Below are positions 62,334 through 64,000 of a DNA stretch of 64,000 bases, piece after piece (the first letter of the stretch is position 1; the number at the start of each line of letters is the position of its first letter). This stretch comes from Candidatus Zixiibacteriota bacterium (lineage in GTDB: Bacteria; Zixibacteria; MSB-5A5; CAIYYT01), in contig JBECKX010000195.1 in the NCBI GenBank assembly GCA_040235515.1, forward strand, positions 1 to 64,000. Reading direction: 5' to 3'. The position numbers were made by a program, and so were the translations under genes. The notes under the pieces are model-generated. The model saw only the letters and a program-made list of their open reading frames with translations. It ran no database searches and was not told the DNA's origin.

Positions 62334-62923
62334 TGACGAAAGTGAAGATTTGTGGGATTACTTCGGTTGAGGATGCGATGCTGGCGGTGGAAGCCGGCGC
62401 TGATTACCTGGGGTTGGTACTCGCAAAATCTCCACGACAGGTCAAGAACAATATGGTTGCAAGGATTTCAGAGGAGGTCGCCGAGCGTGTACCGATCGTC
62501 GGGGTGTTTGCGGAATTCGAGGAGATGAGGCGATTCCTCACCTCGGACGGCACCGAACTCGATTACTATCAAGTGTACTTTAAGGTGCCCCAGGCGATCA
62601 TGCGACCTCCGAAGATCGGCTGGATTCGCAGCTTCATGATCGAGCCCGACACCGAGGAGCTTCCCTTTGTTCACCAGGATCATATTCTGCTCGATTTCAA
62701 ACAGGTCAATACGAGGAGGATGAACGATTTGCTCAAACAGGATACCGAACTGGTTCAGGAGAAAACGTTCCTCGCCGGTGGACTTGACAAGAGCAACGTT
62801 GGCCGGATCGTGAGGAAACATAGGCCGTTCGCTGTTGATGTCGCCCGCGGTACGGAACGCGAGCCGGGGCACAAGGATCCCGAACTCGTGCATCAATTCA
62901 TCGAGAGGGTACGCAATGCCTGA
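62333..62923 (+). CDS. trpF: Phosphoribosylanthranilate isomerase (divergent)
   Basis: [22 protein letters not shown]...NV, VDV..G.E..PG.KD. Confidence 0.88.
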   Translation: MTKVKICGITSVEDAMLAVEAGADYLGLVLAKSPRQVKNNMVARISEEVAERVPIVGVFAEFEEMRRFLTSDGTELDYYQVYFKVPQAIMRPPKIGWIRSFMIEPDTEELPFVHQDHILLDFKQVNTRRMNDLLKQDTELVQEKTFLAGGLDKSNVGRIVRKHRPFAVDVARGTEREPGHKDPELVHQFIERVRNA

Positions 62924-64000
62924 GTTGAAGAAGCGCGGATATTATGGTCAGTATGGCGGTCAGTTCGTGCCCGAGACGCTGGTAGCGGCGCTCCACGAGC
63001 TGGAGGCACAGTATGAGCAGGTGCGCAACGACGAAGACTTCAACGTCCGGCTGGCAATCCTCCTGCGCGATTTTGGCGGCCGTCCCACCCCACTCTACTT
63101 CGCCGAAAATCTGACCAGGCTCTGGGGTGGCGCAAAGATATACCTGAAGCGGGAAGACCTTAACCATACCGGTGCGCATAAAATCAATAACTGCCTCGGT
63201 CAGGCGTTGCTCGCCCGCCGCCTCGGTAAGCAGAGGGTTGTCGCCGAAACCGGCGCGGGTCAGCATGGTACCGCAACCGCTGCTGCGTGTGCCCGCCTTG
63301 GTCTGCAATGCGTCGTTTACATGGGTACGCATGACATGCAACGGCAGTTGCCGAACGTGCAGAGGATGCGATTGCTCGGTGCAGAGGTTGTTCCGGTGGA
63401 GGCTGGTCTCGGTACACTCAAGGAAGCCACCTCTGAGGCGATCCGTGACTGGGTTACCAATGTGCGGAATACGCACTACATCATCGGTTCGACCGTCGGC
63501 CCTCACCCATACCCATTGATCGTGAAGGAATTCCAGTCGGTGATAGGTCGTGAATTGAAGCAACAGTTTCAGGAACGCGAGGGATCATTGCCCGATCTGA
63601 TCGTCGCCTGCATCGGGGGCGGCTCAAACTCTATGGGGATATTTGCAGACTTTCTCGATGAGAAAGCGGTCAGGTTGGTTGGTGTCGAATCAGCCGGCGA
63701 GGAACTGACGGCAGGAAAACATGCGGCTCCGCTTGCGCTGGGCTCACCGGGGGTCTTGCATGGGTCACGTACATATATACTTCAGGATGAGGATGGCCAA
63801 ATCGAACTGACGACTACCCTTAGCGCCGGCCTCGACTATCCCGGCGTAGGCCCGGAGCATTCGTATCTCAAAGACTCAGGCCGCGTCGAGTATGTCTCAG
63901 TCACAGACAAAGAAGCAGTTGCCGCGTTCAAGTTGCTTTGCCGCGAAGAAGGCATTATTCCGGCGCTGGAGTCGAGCTTCGCTGTGGCACACGCCGCCCG
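62916..64000 (+). CDS. trpB: Tryptophan synthase beta chain (3' end outside window)
   Basis: Translated from ATG 62916: [65 protein letters not shown]; absent from ORF track because no stop falls in the window. Confidence 0.96.
   Translation, partial: MPELKKRGYYGQYGGQFVPETLVAALHELEAQYEQVRNDEDFNVRLAILLRDFGGRPTPLYFAENLTRLWGGAKIYLKREDLNHTGAHKINNCLGQALLARRLGKQRVVAETGAGQHGTATAAACARLGLQCVVYMGTHDMQRQLPNVQRMRLLGAEVVPVEAGLGTLKEATSEAIRDWVTNVRNTHYIIGSTVGPHPYPLIVKEFQSVIGRELKQQFQEREGSLPDLIVACIGGGSNSMGIFADFLDEKAVRLVGVESAGEELTAGKHAAPLALGSPGVLHGSRTYILQDEDGQIELTTTLSAGLDYPGVGPEHSYLKDSGRVEYVSVTDKEAVAAFKLLCREEGIIPALESSFAVAHAA

Overview
Gene-dense bacterial chromosome segment made mostly of housekeeping operons: ecfT-truA-tal-purB-psd-pssA-purS-purQ-tatA; dusB-larB-larC-etfA-ppx; ligA; pyk; gap-pgk-tpiA-secG; and trpE-G-D-C-F-B, which runs off the right edge. 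Accessory blocks are three PorV/PorQ-family genes and two secreted proteins with FlgD-Ig/T9SS-type C-terminal domains, an FHA-FHA-phosphoesterase-CHASE2 kinase signalling operon, a decayed RAYT-type transposase, and a dTDP-rhamnose plus surface-polysaccharide cluster whose initiating sugar transferase is frameshifted. The PorV/CTD content suggests an FCB-group organism outside the well-studied Bacteroidota, possibly Zixibacteria-like; this is inference only. The most notable signals read directly from the DNA are: (1) an unannotated 41-codon, apparently leaderless trp leader peptide rich in Phe, Tyr and Trp with a complete 1:2/2:3/3:4 attenuator; (2) a PorZ-like beta-propeller-CTD gene followed by two PorV/PorQ paralogues; (3) two sigma54 promoters with IHF-like and candidate enhancer sites; (4) recurring sigma70 -10 boxes only 6-10 nt before start codons. 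No rRNA, tRNA or CRISPR array was recognised. Product calls rest on motif recognition, not database searches.
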